NCBI GenBank assembly: GCA_963709345.1
Contig: CAVPVX010000011.1
Location: forward strand, 224,001-288,000
DNA length: 64,000 bases
DNA from: an uncultured Actinomycetes bacterium
GTDB taxonomy: Bacteria > Actinomycetota > Thermoleophilia > UBA2241
Reading direction: 5' to 3'
The translations under genes were made by a program, and so were the position numbers. The notes under the pieces are model-generated. The model saw nothing but the letters and a program-made list of their open reading frames with translations. It was not told where the DNA came from and ran no database searches. Every line of letters begins with the position of its first letter. Position 1 is the first letter of the stretch. Below are positions 1 through 9,895 of this stretch, one piece after another.

Positions 1-1
1 G

Positions 2-2263
2 ACCCCCGAGTTCATGGGGGCCGATGTCGTCCACTACCACCTGGTGCACGGGCGGATGATCTCGCTGTTCGACCTGCCCTGGCTGAGCACGCTCAAGCCG
101 TCGGTGTGGACGATGCATGACGCGTGGGCGCTCACCGGCCATTGCATCCAGCCTGGAGAGTGCGTCGGCTGGCGCGAGGGATGCGCCGCCTGCCCCGACT
201 TGGATTCAGTGTTCCCGCTGAGAACGGATCGCGCCGATCAGATGTGGCGCGTCAAGCAGCGGGTGCTGGCGGATGTCGACATGGACATCGTCGTGGCCTC
301 CGAGTTCATGCTCGACATGGTCAGACGCAGCCCGCTCACGCAGCACTTCGACCGTGTTCACCTCATCCCGTTCGGGATCGACGTGAGCACGTTTCTGGCG
401 GACGAGGAAAGAGCGGCCAGCCGCAAGCTCTTGGGGATCGGCGCCGATGAGTTCGTGATCTGCTTCAGGTCCACCGCCGCGCCGATCAAGGGTCTCGAGT
501 ACATCAAGGAAGCTCTCGGCTCTCAACCACCGGCGCGCCCCACCACGCTGCTGACCGTCGACGAGCCGGGCTTGCTCCAGGACCTGGCCGCCGACTACCG
601 GATCGTCGAGCTGGGTTGGGTCGAGGACGAGTCCCGGTACCGGCGTCTGCTATCGGCGTGCGACGTCTTCGTCATGCCGTCGACGGCCGAGGCCTTCGGG
701 CTGATGGCGGTGGAGGCCATGGCGGCGGGACGACCGGTGATCTGCTTCGAGGGCACCGCGCTGGCGGCGGTGACGCACGCCCCGGACTGCGGGATCGCCG
801 TCAAGGCGCGTGACTCGATGGCCCTGCGCGCCGCCCTGGACGAACTGCGGGATCGACCCGAGGAGGCGGCGCGGCGAGGGCGTCAGGGAAGGAAGATCGC
901 GGTCGAGCAGTACGGGCACGATCGCTATCTTGACGCTCTGGCCGCGCTGTACGGCTCCGTCCTGGCACGGTCGCGCCGGGCGCGTCTCTTGACGGGTGAC
1001 GTGGCGGACATCCCGCATGATCCCGCACGAGGAAAGGCGCCGCTTGCGGGCGTGCGGGTGTGTCTCGTCTTCGAGCACAGCCTCTCGCACTACACGCGCC
1101 TCCTGGACGAGATCGAGGCGCTTCAGAGCGCGGGCGCGCGCGTGCACTGGCTGACGTCGAACCAGGACGACGAGGCCCCGCCGCCCGGTGTCGGCAAGAC
1201 CGTCGCGCCTCTCGTCGAGCCCCCGAGCGAATCGGCTGCTCGCTGGCGGCCGCTGCGCGTCGCGAGCAACGTGTCCCGGGAAGCTGTACGTCTCCCTCGC
1301 GACGCGCGCGCGCCCCAGGAGGGCGGCGCGCTTTCGCGTCGCCGCCCTGACGAGGATCGGCCGGCGCGCCGACCTGTTCTGGGTCGTCGACTTCCCGGGC
1401 CTTCCCACGGTCATGGCCGTCGCCGCAAGGACGAAGACGAGGGTCGTCTACGAGACCGTCGACCTCGTTCCGGAGTACCGCTATCTGGGAGACGAGCATC
1501 GTTCCCGGAGCCTGCAGGAGGAGCGGCGTCTCATCGGACGGGTCGACGGGTTCATCACCGCGTGCGACTGGTACGCGGACTACTACGTGGAACGCCATGG
1601 CGATGTGCTACGACGACCGCCCGTCGTGCGCGACAACATGCCGAGACTCCTGGCCGAGGGAGTCAGGGCCACGACGAGACCACTGCGGATGGTCTTCCTG
1701 GGAACGCTCATGTTCGATCGACCGGTGAAGGAGCTCTTGCAGGCGATGGCCCTCTCGTCCGCCGACAGCACACTGACCCTCCAGGGGAAGAACCTCCTCG
1801 GTGAGGCCCCGGCGGCTCTCATCTCGGAGTTGGGGCTGCAGGACCGCGTGGAAGTGGTGGGTCCTTGCCCGCCCTCAGCGATCGTGGAGACCGCGGCGTC
1901 CTACGACATCGGAGTGGTCGCGCTGTGGGGGCGCGACGAGAACGAGCGCCGCGCCGCCACGTCCAAGATCTTCACGTACATGGCGGCGGGTCTGGCGGTC
2001 TTCGGGATCCGATCTCCCCGGGATCGCGCGGATCGTCAGGCGGCACTCGAACGGCGTCCTCGCCGAAGGCATGCGACCGGAGGCGTGGGCGACGGCGATG
2101 GATGAGCTCGCGCTCCTTGCCCACCGCCGCGATCGACGACATGAAGCGACGATCGCTCGAGGCCGCGCGGCTCCACGCCTGGCAGCGGCAGGCGCCCGCG
2201 TTCCTGGGGGAGTTCAGCCGGGCGCTTGGCCGGCCGGGTGGTGAGGGTCCCCGTGGGACGTAG
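2..2263 (+). CDS. GT4-family glycosyltransferase(s): a 5'-truncated GT4 running in frame into a second, frameshifted GT4
   Basis: First unit has DVFVMPSTAEAFGLMAVEAMAAGRPV. Second unit starts near 1040 (VRVCLVFEHS) and continues across ORFs 1188-2105 (YETVDL, KIFTYMAAGL), 1801-2244 (SDLPGIARIV) and 1865-2263. Confidence 0.75.
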
Positions 2264-3023
2264 CGTGCGAGCAGCCCTCGGCAAGACGCGTGTCGCCGCC
2301 CGTGCGCGCGGCCTGCGCCACGACCTCATGGGCGCCTGGACGCCCCTGAGGAACACGCTGGTGGGTTGCCGGGTGCATGCGCGCGGGACGGGCAATCGCG
2401 TCGCCTGCGCGCGGACCCGGCAGCTGAGCAAAGCCACGATCACGATCGTCGGGAATGGCAACTCGGTCGTGATCGCCCACGATGCCCAGGTCCGATCCTT
2501 CACCGTCGTCATCCGCGGCGACGGCAACCAGGTCTGGATCGGCCCTTCGTACCTCGACGGAGTCGGCGCCACGATCTCGGGCAATGGCAACGTCATCGCC
2601 ATCGAGGGCGGCTGCATGCTGCTCAGCCTGGGTCTCGTGTGTGAGGACGACGCCAACGCCATCTCGATCGGCGCGGCGACGCAGATCCACGGCTCCACGG
2701 AACTGGCCGCCATCGAGGGTACCCGCATCACCGTTGGAGAGGGCTGCCTGTTCTCCGGCGGCATCAGCTTCCGCACCGGCGACAGCCACTCTCTGACAGA
2801 CCGCGAGGGCAGGCGCATCAATCCGTCGCAAGACATCACGATCGGCGACCGCGTGTGGATCGGGATGAAGGCCACGGTCCTCAAGGGCGCGTCCGTGGCC
2901 GGCTTCTCGGTCGTCGGCGCCTGCTCAGTCGTGTCCGGGAGGTTCGACCGGCCGAACTGCGTCATCGCCGGCAACCCTGCGCGCGTCGTTCGCGAGGAGA
3001 TCGACTGGCGAGTCGAGCGGTGA
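2226..3023 (+). CDS. Hexapeptide-repeat (left-handed beta-helix) acyltransferase
   Basis: FRTGDSH, DITIGDRVWIGMKATVLKG and IAGNPARVVRE motifs; located in a polysaccharide cluster. Confidence 0.85.
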   Translation: MAGRVVRVPVGRSVRAALGKTRVAARARGLRHDLMGAWTPLRNTLVGCRVHARGTGNRVACARTRQLSKATITIVGNGNSVVIAHDAQVRSFTVVIRGDGNQVWIGPSYLDGVGATISGNGNVIAIEGGCMLLSLGLVCEDDANAISIGAATQIHGSTELAAIEGTRITVGEGCLFSGGISFRTGDSHSLTDREGRRINPSQDITIGDRVWIGMKATVLKGASVAGFSVVGACSVVSGRFDRPNCVIAGNPARVVREEIDWRVER

Positions 3024-3123
3024 GTCGAGCCTGCTAGGACGGGAACGGGCCAGCGCGGACTGCGTTCTGGCGGCGTCCGAAGATGCTGATCGGGCATGTC
3101 GCGTCGTACCTGCCGTCGCCGGT

Positions 3124-4023
3124 CTACGCGCCCCGGCGTCCGGCGGCACGGGACGCGCGCAGCGGCCACTCGGCAGCCAGGTCGGCGAGCATAGCGTCCC
3201 AGCCCGGCGGCGCCCAGCCCGTCCTCTCGCGGAAGCGGGTGCTGTCCAGAGAGCGGTCGATGGCCGGCTGGTCCACCGGGTCGAGTCGCACCTCCCAGCC
3301 GAGGTGGCCGGCCAGCTCGGTGAGCAGCGTGTACTTGTCGATCGGGGCGGCGGACAGGTGCCAGAGCCCGTGGAGGCTCACGTCTGGCAGGATCACGTCG
3401 CGGACGACGGCCGTGAAGGCGTCGGTGGTCAGCCCGCTGAAGACGGCTCTGGTGAAGCCCTTGAGCGGCTCGTGACGGTGGGCGGCGAACCAGCCCGCCA
3501 GCGCGGTGGGCTCGCCGATCTGCCAGCCGATGATGGACGTCCGCAGGGTGACGACGTTGTCACGGTCGGCGACCTCGCCGAGCAGCTTGGAGCGCCCGTA
3601 GAGGTCGCGGGCGTCGGGCACGTCGTCCTCGGTGTAGCCGCCTCGCGCGCCGCTGAACACGCAGTCGGTGCTCACGTGGACCATGCGCGCGCCGTGGGCG
3701 CTGCACGCGTCCGCGAGGACGTGCGGCCAGAGGCTGTTGACGGTGATCGAGGGGATCGCCGCCCTGGCCGCGTCGAGCTGCTTGACGATGCCGACGGCGT
3801 TGAGCACGAGATCCGGCCGCACGCGCTCGAAGAGCGCGGCCGCCGACGCGGTGTCGGCGGCGTCGAACCCCTCGACGATGCGGCCGGCCGGCACGCCGAG
3901 ATCGGCGATCGAGCGCCGGTCGCGGCAGGCGCCCCACACCTCGAAGTCCGGCGCCAGTACTCGCAGGGCCTCGTGGCCCAGCATCCCCGTGGCGCCGACG
4001 ACCAGGATGCGCGGCGTGCTCAT
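3124..4023 (-). CDS. RmlD-like NDP-4-keto-6-deoxysugar reductase (QnlA/WbvR-like SDR)
   Basis: GATGMLG, HVSTDCVFSG, YGRSK and LRTSIIG motifs; ATG at 4023 overlaps the stop of the upstream gene. Confidence 0.85.
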   Translation of the reverse strand: MSTPRILVVGATGMLGHEALRVLAPDFEVWGACRDRRSIADLGVPAGRIVEGFDAADTASAAALFERVRPDLVLNAVGIVKQLDAARAAIPSITVNSLWPHVLADACSAHGARMVHVSTDCVFSGARGGYTEDDVPDARDLYGRSKLLGEVADRDNVVTLRTSIIGWQIGEPTALAGWFAAHRHEPLKGFTRAVFSGLTTDAFTAVVRDVILPDVSLHGLWHLSAAPIDKYTLLTELAGHLGWEVRLDPVDQPAIDRSLDSTRFRERTGWAPPGWDAMLADLAAEWPLRASRAAGRRGA

Positions 4024-5099
4024 GCGATGCCCAGCACGATCCTTGCGACAGTGTCCGACACGTTCTCGGCGAGGTACTCGGGCGGCGGCGTCCAGGTGCC
4101 GGCGGACCGCACGGCGAGCTCGATGGCCGGCAGGATCCGCTCGGCCTCCACGCCGGCGAGCAGGTTGCTGCCGCACTCGATGGTCTCCGGTCTTTCGGTG
4201 ACGTCGCGCATCGTCACAGTCGGCACGCCGAAGATGCAGCACTCTTCCTGCACCGTGCCGCTGTCGGAGAGCACGCAGAGGGCCTCCTTTTCGAGCCGCA
4301 CGAAGTCGAAGAGGCCCAGCGGGGGGACGAACCCGATCTTGCCCGCGTCGACGCCGAACGCGCGCAGCTTGTCCGCCGTCCGCGGGTGCAGCGACGCCAG
4401 GATGGGCAGGTCGAACTTCTCGATCGCGGCGTTGAGCGCCGCGATGAGCGCCGCGAGCCGCACAGGATCGTCCACCGTCTCGGCCCGGTGGGCGGTGACG
4501 AGGAAGTATCGGCCGGGCTCCACGCCGAAGTCCGTGAACGGGTCGGCGGCCTCGATCTGCCCGGCGTAGTGGTCGAGCACTTCTTTGATCGGGTTGCCGG
4601 TCACGTAGATGCGCCGGCGCTCGATGCCCTCGCGCACCAGGTTCTCGGCGCTGCGGTGCGTGTACGGCATGAGGACCGTGCTCGAATGGTCGATGACCCG
4701 GCGGTTGACCTCTTCCGGCACGCGGTCGTCGAAGCAGCGGTTGCCTGCCTCCATGTGACAGACGCGGATGCCCATGCGCTTGGCCACGAAGGCGGCGAGG
4801 CCGCGTGTTGGTGTCGCCCAGAATGAGGACCGTGTCGGGCGTCTTCCGCGCGAAAGAGCTCTTCGCACTTCGCGAGGATCTGCCCGATCTGGTCGGCGAA
4901 CCCCGTGCCGCGCACGCCCATGAACAGGTCCGGCTCGCGGAGCCCGAGGTCGCGGAAGAACATGCCGCTCAGCCGGTCGTCGAAGTTCTGGCCGGTGTGG
5001 ACGAGCAGGTGGTCGCACGACTGGTCGAGCGACCTCGATCACCCGCGACAGGCGGATGATCTCGGGCCGCGTGCCCAGCAGGGTGATGACCTTGGTCAT
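4020..5099 (-). CDS. wecB: UDP-N-acetylhexosamine 2-epimerase, non-hydrolysing (frameshifted in this sequence)
   Basis: LGTRPEIIRLS, HMEAGNRCFD, PEEVNR and SDSGTVQEE motifs; the 4800-5030 segment is coded in alternative frames (MFFRDLGLREPD). Confidence 0.85.
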   Translation of the reverse strand: MTKVITLLGTRPEIIRLSRVIEVARPVVRPPARPHRPELRRPAERHVLPRPRAPRAGPVHGRARHGVRRPDRADPREVRRALSRGRRPTRSSFWATPTRGLAAFVAKRMGIRVCHMEAGNRCFDDRVPEEVNRRVIDHSSTVLMPYTHRSAENLVREGIERRRIYVTGNPIKEVLDHYAGQIEAADPFTDFGVEPGRYFLVTAHRAETVDDPVRLAALIAALNAAIEKFDLPILASLHPRTADKLRAFGVDAGKIGFVPPLGLFDFVRLEKEALCVLSDSGTVQEECCIFGVPTVTMRDVTERPETIECGSNLLAGVEAERILPAIELAVRSAGTWTPPPEYLAENVSDTVARIVLGIA

Positions 5100-6162
5100 C
5101 TACGACTCCAGATAGCGCCGGCCGAGGACCTCGGGGATCCTTGCGCTTGAGGAAGTCGGCGAGGTCTTCCGCACTCATGAGGGCGTTCGCCGAGCTGTAG
5201 TCGCCCACCAGCGCCGGCTGGTCGACCGGATCGGCCAGCTCGGGGAGCATGGGGCGCAGGGCGAAGTAGCCCTCCTGCCCGTCGATCGGTGCGAGTGGCT
5301 TCTTCTTCGCGACAGGAGGATCTCGTGGATCTTCTCGCCCGGGCGGATCCCGGTGATGACCGTCTCGATGTCGCGATCGCCGATGAGGCGCGGCCGCAAG
5401 ATCCGTCATCCTGCGCGCTCGGGCAGCGCGGGATGTAGGTCTCGCCGGGGCTCGCGGAGCGCACCGCCGCGAAGATGGTGTCCACGGCGTCCTCGAGCGT
5501 GAGGAGAAAGCGCGTCATGTCGGCGGTGGTGATGGTGACCGGCCCGCCGGCGGCGATCTGCTCGAGGAAGAGCGGGACGACGGAGCCGCGCGAGGCGAGC
5601 ACGTTGCCGTAGCGCACGCAGATGAACCGCGTCTCCGGGCAGTGGAGGTTGCCGTCGATGTAGACGCGCTCCTGGATGGCCTTGGTCATGCCCATGACGT
5701 TGACCGGCTTGCAGGCCTTGTCCGTCGAGATGCCCATCACGGTCTCGACGGGCAGGCGGAACTCGGAGATGGCCCGCACGATGTTGACGGCGCCCTCGAT
5801 GTTGGTCCTGCACCGCCTCCCACGGGAAGTACTCGCAGCTGGGCACCTGCTTGAGGGCGGCGGCGCTGAAGACGACGTCCGCCTCCTTCACGGCGCGCAC
5901 CACGCTGCCGTAGTCGCGCACGTCGCCGATCCGGAACTTCAGCCGCTGTCTGGAAGTTCTCGAAGATGACTTCGTCGGTGGCGGCGTTGCGCTGCATGAA
6001 GTCCAGACGCATGTAGTGCTGCTTGGCCTCGTCGCGCGAGAAGACGGTGACGCTCTCGGGGACGCCCTCGACGCCGCTCATGAGCCGGCGCGTGAGCACC
6101 TGTCCGAGCGAGCCGGTGCCTCCGGTGACGAGGATGCGCTTGCCTTCGAACACTCCTGCCAT
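5100..6162 (-). CDS. UDP-GlcNAc 4,6-dehydratase/epimerase, FnlA/WbjB/CapE family (several frameshifts)
   Basis: TGGTGSLG, FSRDEAKQ, AAALKQVPSCE, STDKACKPVNVMGMTKA, VRYGNVLASRGSV, MTRF and GIRPGEKIHE are spread over several ORFs. Confidence 0.85.
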
Positions 6163-6278
6163 CTCCAAACCCCCGTCGATTCTGCTGCTGTCACTCACCG
6201 TCCGGACCGCTTCCGCATTCTAGCAGCACGTCGCGGAGGGGGAGGACCGTCGGGCCGCGTCGCCTCAGACGATGTTGC

Positions 6279-7154
6279 TCAGGCTCGGCTCGAGAGCCAG
6301 TCCGAGATACCCTGTGCCGAGAGCAGCCGAGGGTGGGGGGCGGGGGCCGCCCAGCGTGCGCACACTCTCTCACGGAGCCACGGCCCGTACCACGGCAGGG
6401 CCTGGCGGCCGAGGTGCAGCCCGTCCGACGCCATCGGGCGGCGGAGGATGCCCTGCTCGTCGGCCACGTGCGAGAACAGGTCGACGTAGTCGACGCCGTG
6501 CTCGTGGCACCACGCCTCGAGCTCCTTGTTGAAGAGCTGCGCGATGTGGCCGCGCACGCCGATGTCACCCGAATGGTCGAACCACCCGTACTCCTCCGTG
6601 TGGGCCGCGCCGACCACGCTTTGGGCAGCCACCCGGAAGCCGCGCTCCCGTACCAGGTCGATCGCCGTGCCGTAGCGCACCACGGTCTCGTGGGCGAGCT
6701 CCTCGAGGGATCTCCGTCCCGACGAGCGCAGGTGCTGATCGTTGATGTGGAGCCGGCAGTCGGTGCCGCCGGCGGTGAGCAGGATGATGTCCCTGCGAGG
6801 ATCCGCCGACCGGAGCGCCTCGAGCAGACGGGTCCGCGACTGGGTCGAACTGGTGGGTGACGCGAGGTTGTACGCGGTCAGTGGTGCGATGTTGTGGACG
6901 ATGAACGGCCACACGCCCGTCAGCATGACCGTGTGGCTGTCGCCGATCGCATGCACCACCGGTGCACCCACCAGGCGACTGCGCGCCACGATGAGCGCAT
7001 CGCGGATCTCCGCCGGGTTCATCGTCACCTTCGCGCGGAGAGGGTCGACCCCCTGGGTCCAGGCCAGCACGAAGGCACGGCGAAGGACGAGAGGCGACCC
7101 GCCTTCGTCGAGGGCCTTGCGGACTTTGCGCTGAATGTGAGTGAGCGTCTGCAT
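6279..7154 (-). CDS. SGNH/GDSL hydrolase family protein
   Basis: IGDSH block I and SDGLHL block V. Confidence 0.7.
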   Translation of the reverse strand: MQTLTHIQRKVRKALDEGGSPLVLRRAFVLAWTQGVDPLRAKVTMNPAEIRDALIVARSRLVGAPVVHAIGDSHTVMLTGVWPFIVHNIAPLTAYNLASPTSSTQSRTRLLEALRSADPRRDIILLTAGGTDCRLHINDQHLRSSGRRSLEELAHETVVRYGTAIDLVRERGFRVAAQSVVGAAHTEEYGWFDHSGDIGVRGHIAQLFNKELEAWCHEHGVDYVDLFSHVADEQGILRRPMASDGLHLGRQALPWYGPWLRERVCARWAAPAPHPRLLSAQGISDWLSSRA

Positions 7155-7240
7155 CGCGTTCGCCGGCGCAATGGTACCGCGCCGGATCGTCGTCGGCCCA
7201 GCGCCTCCCTTCTCGTGCGGTCGTGAGAGAATAGCGCCCG

Positions 7241-8488
7241 ATGAAGACGCCCGACCGCCCGCCTCGCGTCACGATGGTCAACAAGTACTACTCGCCGCCG
7301 CACCTGGGCGGCGTGGAGACGGTCGTGCGCACCCTGTCGGAGGGGCTCGTGGAGCACGCCGGCGTGCAGGTGCGCGCGCTGGTGAGCAACGAGAGCCGCG
7401 AGCGCGTCGAGGAGACCATCGGCGGCGTGCGCGTCGTGCGCCTCCCGCGGCAGCTGGCGGTGTCGTCGGCGCCGGTCGCCGCAGGCATGCCCGGCGCCCT
7501 GCGCGCGGAGATGCGCGGCGCGCCGCCGCCCGGGTCCGCGCCGCCCGACGTCCTCAACCTGCACTCACCCTATCCGTGGGGCGAGCTCTCGTTCCTGCAG
7601 GCGAATCCGGACGTCCCCAGCGTGGTGCTGTACCACAGCGACATCGTGCGCCAGAAGCGCCTGCTCGCGGCCTACAGTCCCTTCTTGCATCGCTTTCTCG
7701 ATAGAGTCGACCTCATCGTGACGTCGTCCCCGCAGATGGTCCGCCACTCGCCGTATCTCGCGCCTCGCGCCGAGAAGTGCCGCGTCGTGCCGTTCGGGCT
7801 GCCGGCCGGCAAGCTGACGGCTGCGCCCGGGGTGGAGGAGCGCGCGGCGGAGCTGCGCGCGGCGCACGCCGGGCGGCCCCTCGTGCTCTTCGTCGGCCGG
7901 CTCGTCTACTACAAAGGCGCCGACGTGCTGGTGCGCGCCATGGCGCAGGTCGACGCTGACCTCGTGCTCGTCGGCCGGGGTCCGCTCGAGGGCGAGCTGC
8001 GCGCGCTGGCCGCCGCACTCGGGATAGGCGGGCGCACCACGTTCCTGCCGCCGCAGGACGACGCCGAGCTCGCCGCCTGGTACCACGCCGCCGACGTCTT
8101 CTGCCTGCCCAGCGTCGCCCGCAGCGAGGCCTTCGGCCTCGTGCAGATCGAGGCGCACGCGGCGGGCACCCCGGTCGTGTCCACCGACCTGCCGACCGGG
8201 GTGCCGTACGCGAACCCGGACGGCGTGACCGGGCTCACGGTGCCGCCGGGCGACGCCGCGGCTCTCGCCGCGGCGCTGGGCCGGCTGCTCGGCGACGACG
8301 AGCTGCGCGCGCGGCTCGGCGGCCAGGCGCAGGCGCGCGCACGGCGCGAGTTCACCGTGCCGCGCATGGTCGCGCGCACGCTGGACGTGTACACGGAGGC
8401 GACGGCGCGTCATGAGGCAGGCCGGGCGTCGCGGGCGGGTGCGCGCCGCAGCGCAGCAGCGCCGGCGCGTCGGGGGGGCGTCCGCTAG
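7241..8488 (+). CDS. GT4-family glycosyltransferase
   Basis: GGVETVV, FVGRLVYYKG and LPSVARSEAFGLVQIEA motifs. Confidence 0.9.
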   Translation: MKTPDRPPRVTMVNKYYSPPHLGGVETVVRTLSEGLVEHAGVQVRALVSNESRERVEETIGGVRVVRLPRQLAVSSAPVAAGMPGALRAEMRGAPPPGSAPPDVLNLHSPYPWGELSFLQANPDVPSVVLYHSDIVRQKRLLAAYSPFLHRFLDRVDLIVTSSPQMVRHSPYLAPRAEKCRVVPFGLPAGKLTAAPGVEERAAELRAAHAGRPLVLFVGRLVYYKGADVLVRAMAQVDADLVLVGRGPLEGELRALAAALGIGGRTTFLPPQDDAELAAWYHAADVFCLPSVARSEAFGLVQIEAHAAGTPVVSTDLPTGVPYANPDGVTGLTVPPGDAAALAAALGRLLGDDELRARLGGQAQARARREFTVPRMVARTLDVYTEATARHEAGRASRAGARRSAAAPARRGGVR

Positions 8489-9883
8489 ATGTCCCGCACC
8501 CGCTTCATCATCCTCTCCGTCGTCACCGACGCCGTGCTGGTCAACGCCGGCTTCGTCCTCGCCTTCCTGCTGCGCTTCGAGGGCCGGCTGCCGGCGTTCA
8601 ACTTCGAGGCGTATCTGCTGCTGGCGCCGCTGCTCACGCTGTTCTACCTCGGCGGCGCCTGGACCTACGGGCTCTACGACCCGGAGCGCGCCGACACCGC
8701 CTGGGCGGTCGTGCGCGGCGCCGTGGCCGCGGTGACCGTCGGCACGCTGCTCACCGCCGCGGTCGCTTTCTTCGGCGGCGAGCGTACGGCGTCGTTCGCG
8801 CGCTCCACGATCCTGCTCGCGTGGCTCATCGACCTCGTGCTGCTCACCGGCTGGCGTCTCGCCTTCTTGCACCTCGCGCGCATCAGCTGGCCGGAGCAGC
8901 GCGTGCTGATCGTCGGCACCGGCCCGGCGGCCGTCGAGCTCGCGCAGCACGTCTCGGCGCGCGACCGCTGGGGCTGGACGGTCACCGGGCTGATCGAGGC
9001 CGATCCCGACGCCTGGGGGGCGGGCTTCTCGGCGGCCGGGGACGAGTCGTCCACGGCCGGGGGCTTCCCCATCCTTGGGGGCGCCCAGGACGTGGCGCGC
9101 ATCGCCGGTGAGCAGGGCGCGAACCGCGTGATCGTCGTCAGCCCGATCGCCCTGCGCGAGCTGGTCGAGTCCCTCGTGCTCGCCGACGAGGCGAGCGTGC
9201 GCGTCGACGTCGTGCCCGGGCTCTACGAGATCTTCATCGGCACGGTGGACGCGATCGTCGGCGACGTGCCGCTCATGGAGATCACGCACGCCTCGGTCCC
9301 GCGCTACTACGCCGCCATGAAGCGCGTACTCGACCTGGTCGCCGCCGCGCTCCTGCTGGTCCTGACCAGCCCGCTCCTGCTGGTCGCCGTCGTCGCCGTC
9401 GCCCTCGACGACGGCTTGCCCGCGTTCTTCTCGCAGGAGCGGTCCGGCCGGGGGATGAAGCCGTTCCGGATGCACAAGCTGCGCACGATGGTCAAGGACG
9501 CGGAGGCGGCCAGCGGCCCCGTGCTCGCCGAGGCGGACGACGCGCGCATCACCACGGTCGGCCGCGTGCTGCGCCGCTTTCGCATCGACGAGCTGCCCCA
9601 GCTGGTCAACATCCTGAGGGGCGAGATGAGCTTCGTGGGGCCGCGCCCGGAACGGCCCTTCTTCGTGGAGCAGTACCTGAAGGAGACGCCGGGCTACCGC
9701 GAGCGCTTCACCGTCAAGCCCGGCGTCACCGGTCTGGCCCAGGTCAGCGGCGGCTACGCGACCACGCCGGAGCGCAAGCTCAAGTACGACCTCATCTACA
9801 TGTATCATCAGACGCCGGCCATGGACGCCCAGATCGTGGCCGAGACCCTGCGCGTGGTGCTCACCGGGCGCGGAGCGAGATAA
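8489..9883 (+). CDS. Polyprenyl-phosphate sugar phosphotransferase (priming transferase, WcaJ/WbaP-like)
   Basis: N-terminal TM helices followed by KRVLD, KLRTM, DELPQLVNILRGEMSFVGPRPERP and KPGVTGLAQV. Confidence 0.92.
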   Translation: MSRTRFIILSVVTDAVLVNAGFVLAFLLRFEGRLPAFNFEAYLLLAPLLTLFYLGGAWTYGLYDPERADTAWAVVRGAVAAVTVGTLLTAAVAFFGGERTASFARSTILLAWLIDLVLLTGWRLAFLHLARISWPEQRVLIVGTGPAAVELAQHVSARDRWGWTVTGLIEADPDAWGAGFSAAGDESSTAGGFPILGGAQDVARIAGEQGANRVIVVSPIALRELVESLVLADEASVRVDVVPGLYEIFIGTVDAIVGDVPLMEITHASVPRYYAAMKRVLDLVAAALLLVLTSPLLLVAVVAVALDDGLPAFFSQERSGRGMKPFRMHKLRTMVKDAEAASGPVLAEADDARITTVGRVLRRFRIDELPQLVNILRGEMSFVGPRPERPFFVEQYLKETPGYRERFTVKPGVTGLAQVSGGYATTPERKLKYDLIYMYHQTPAMDAQIVAETLRVVLTGRGAR

Positions 9884-9895
9884 GGAAGCACGCGC

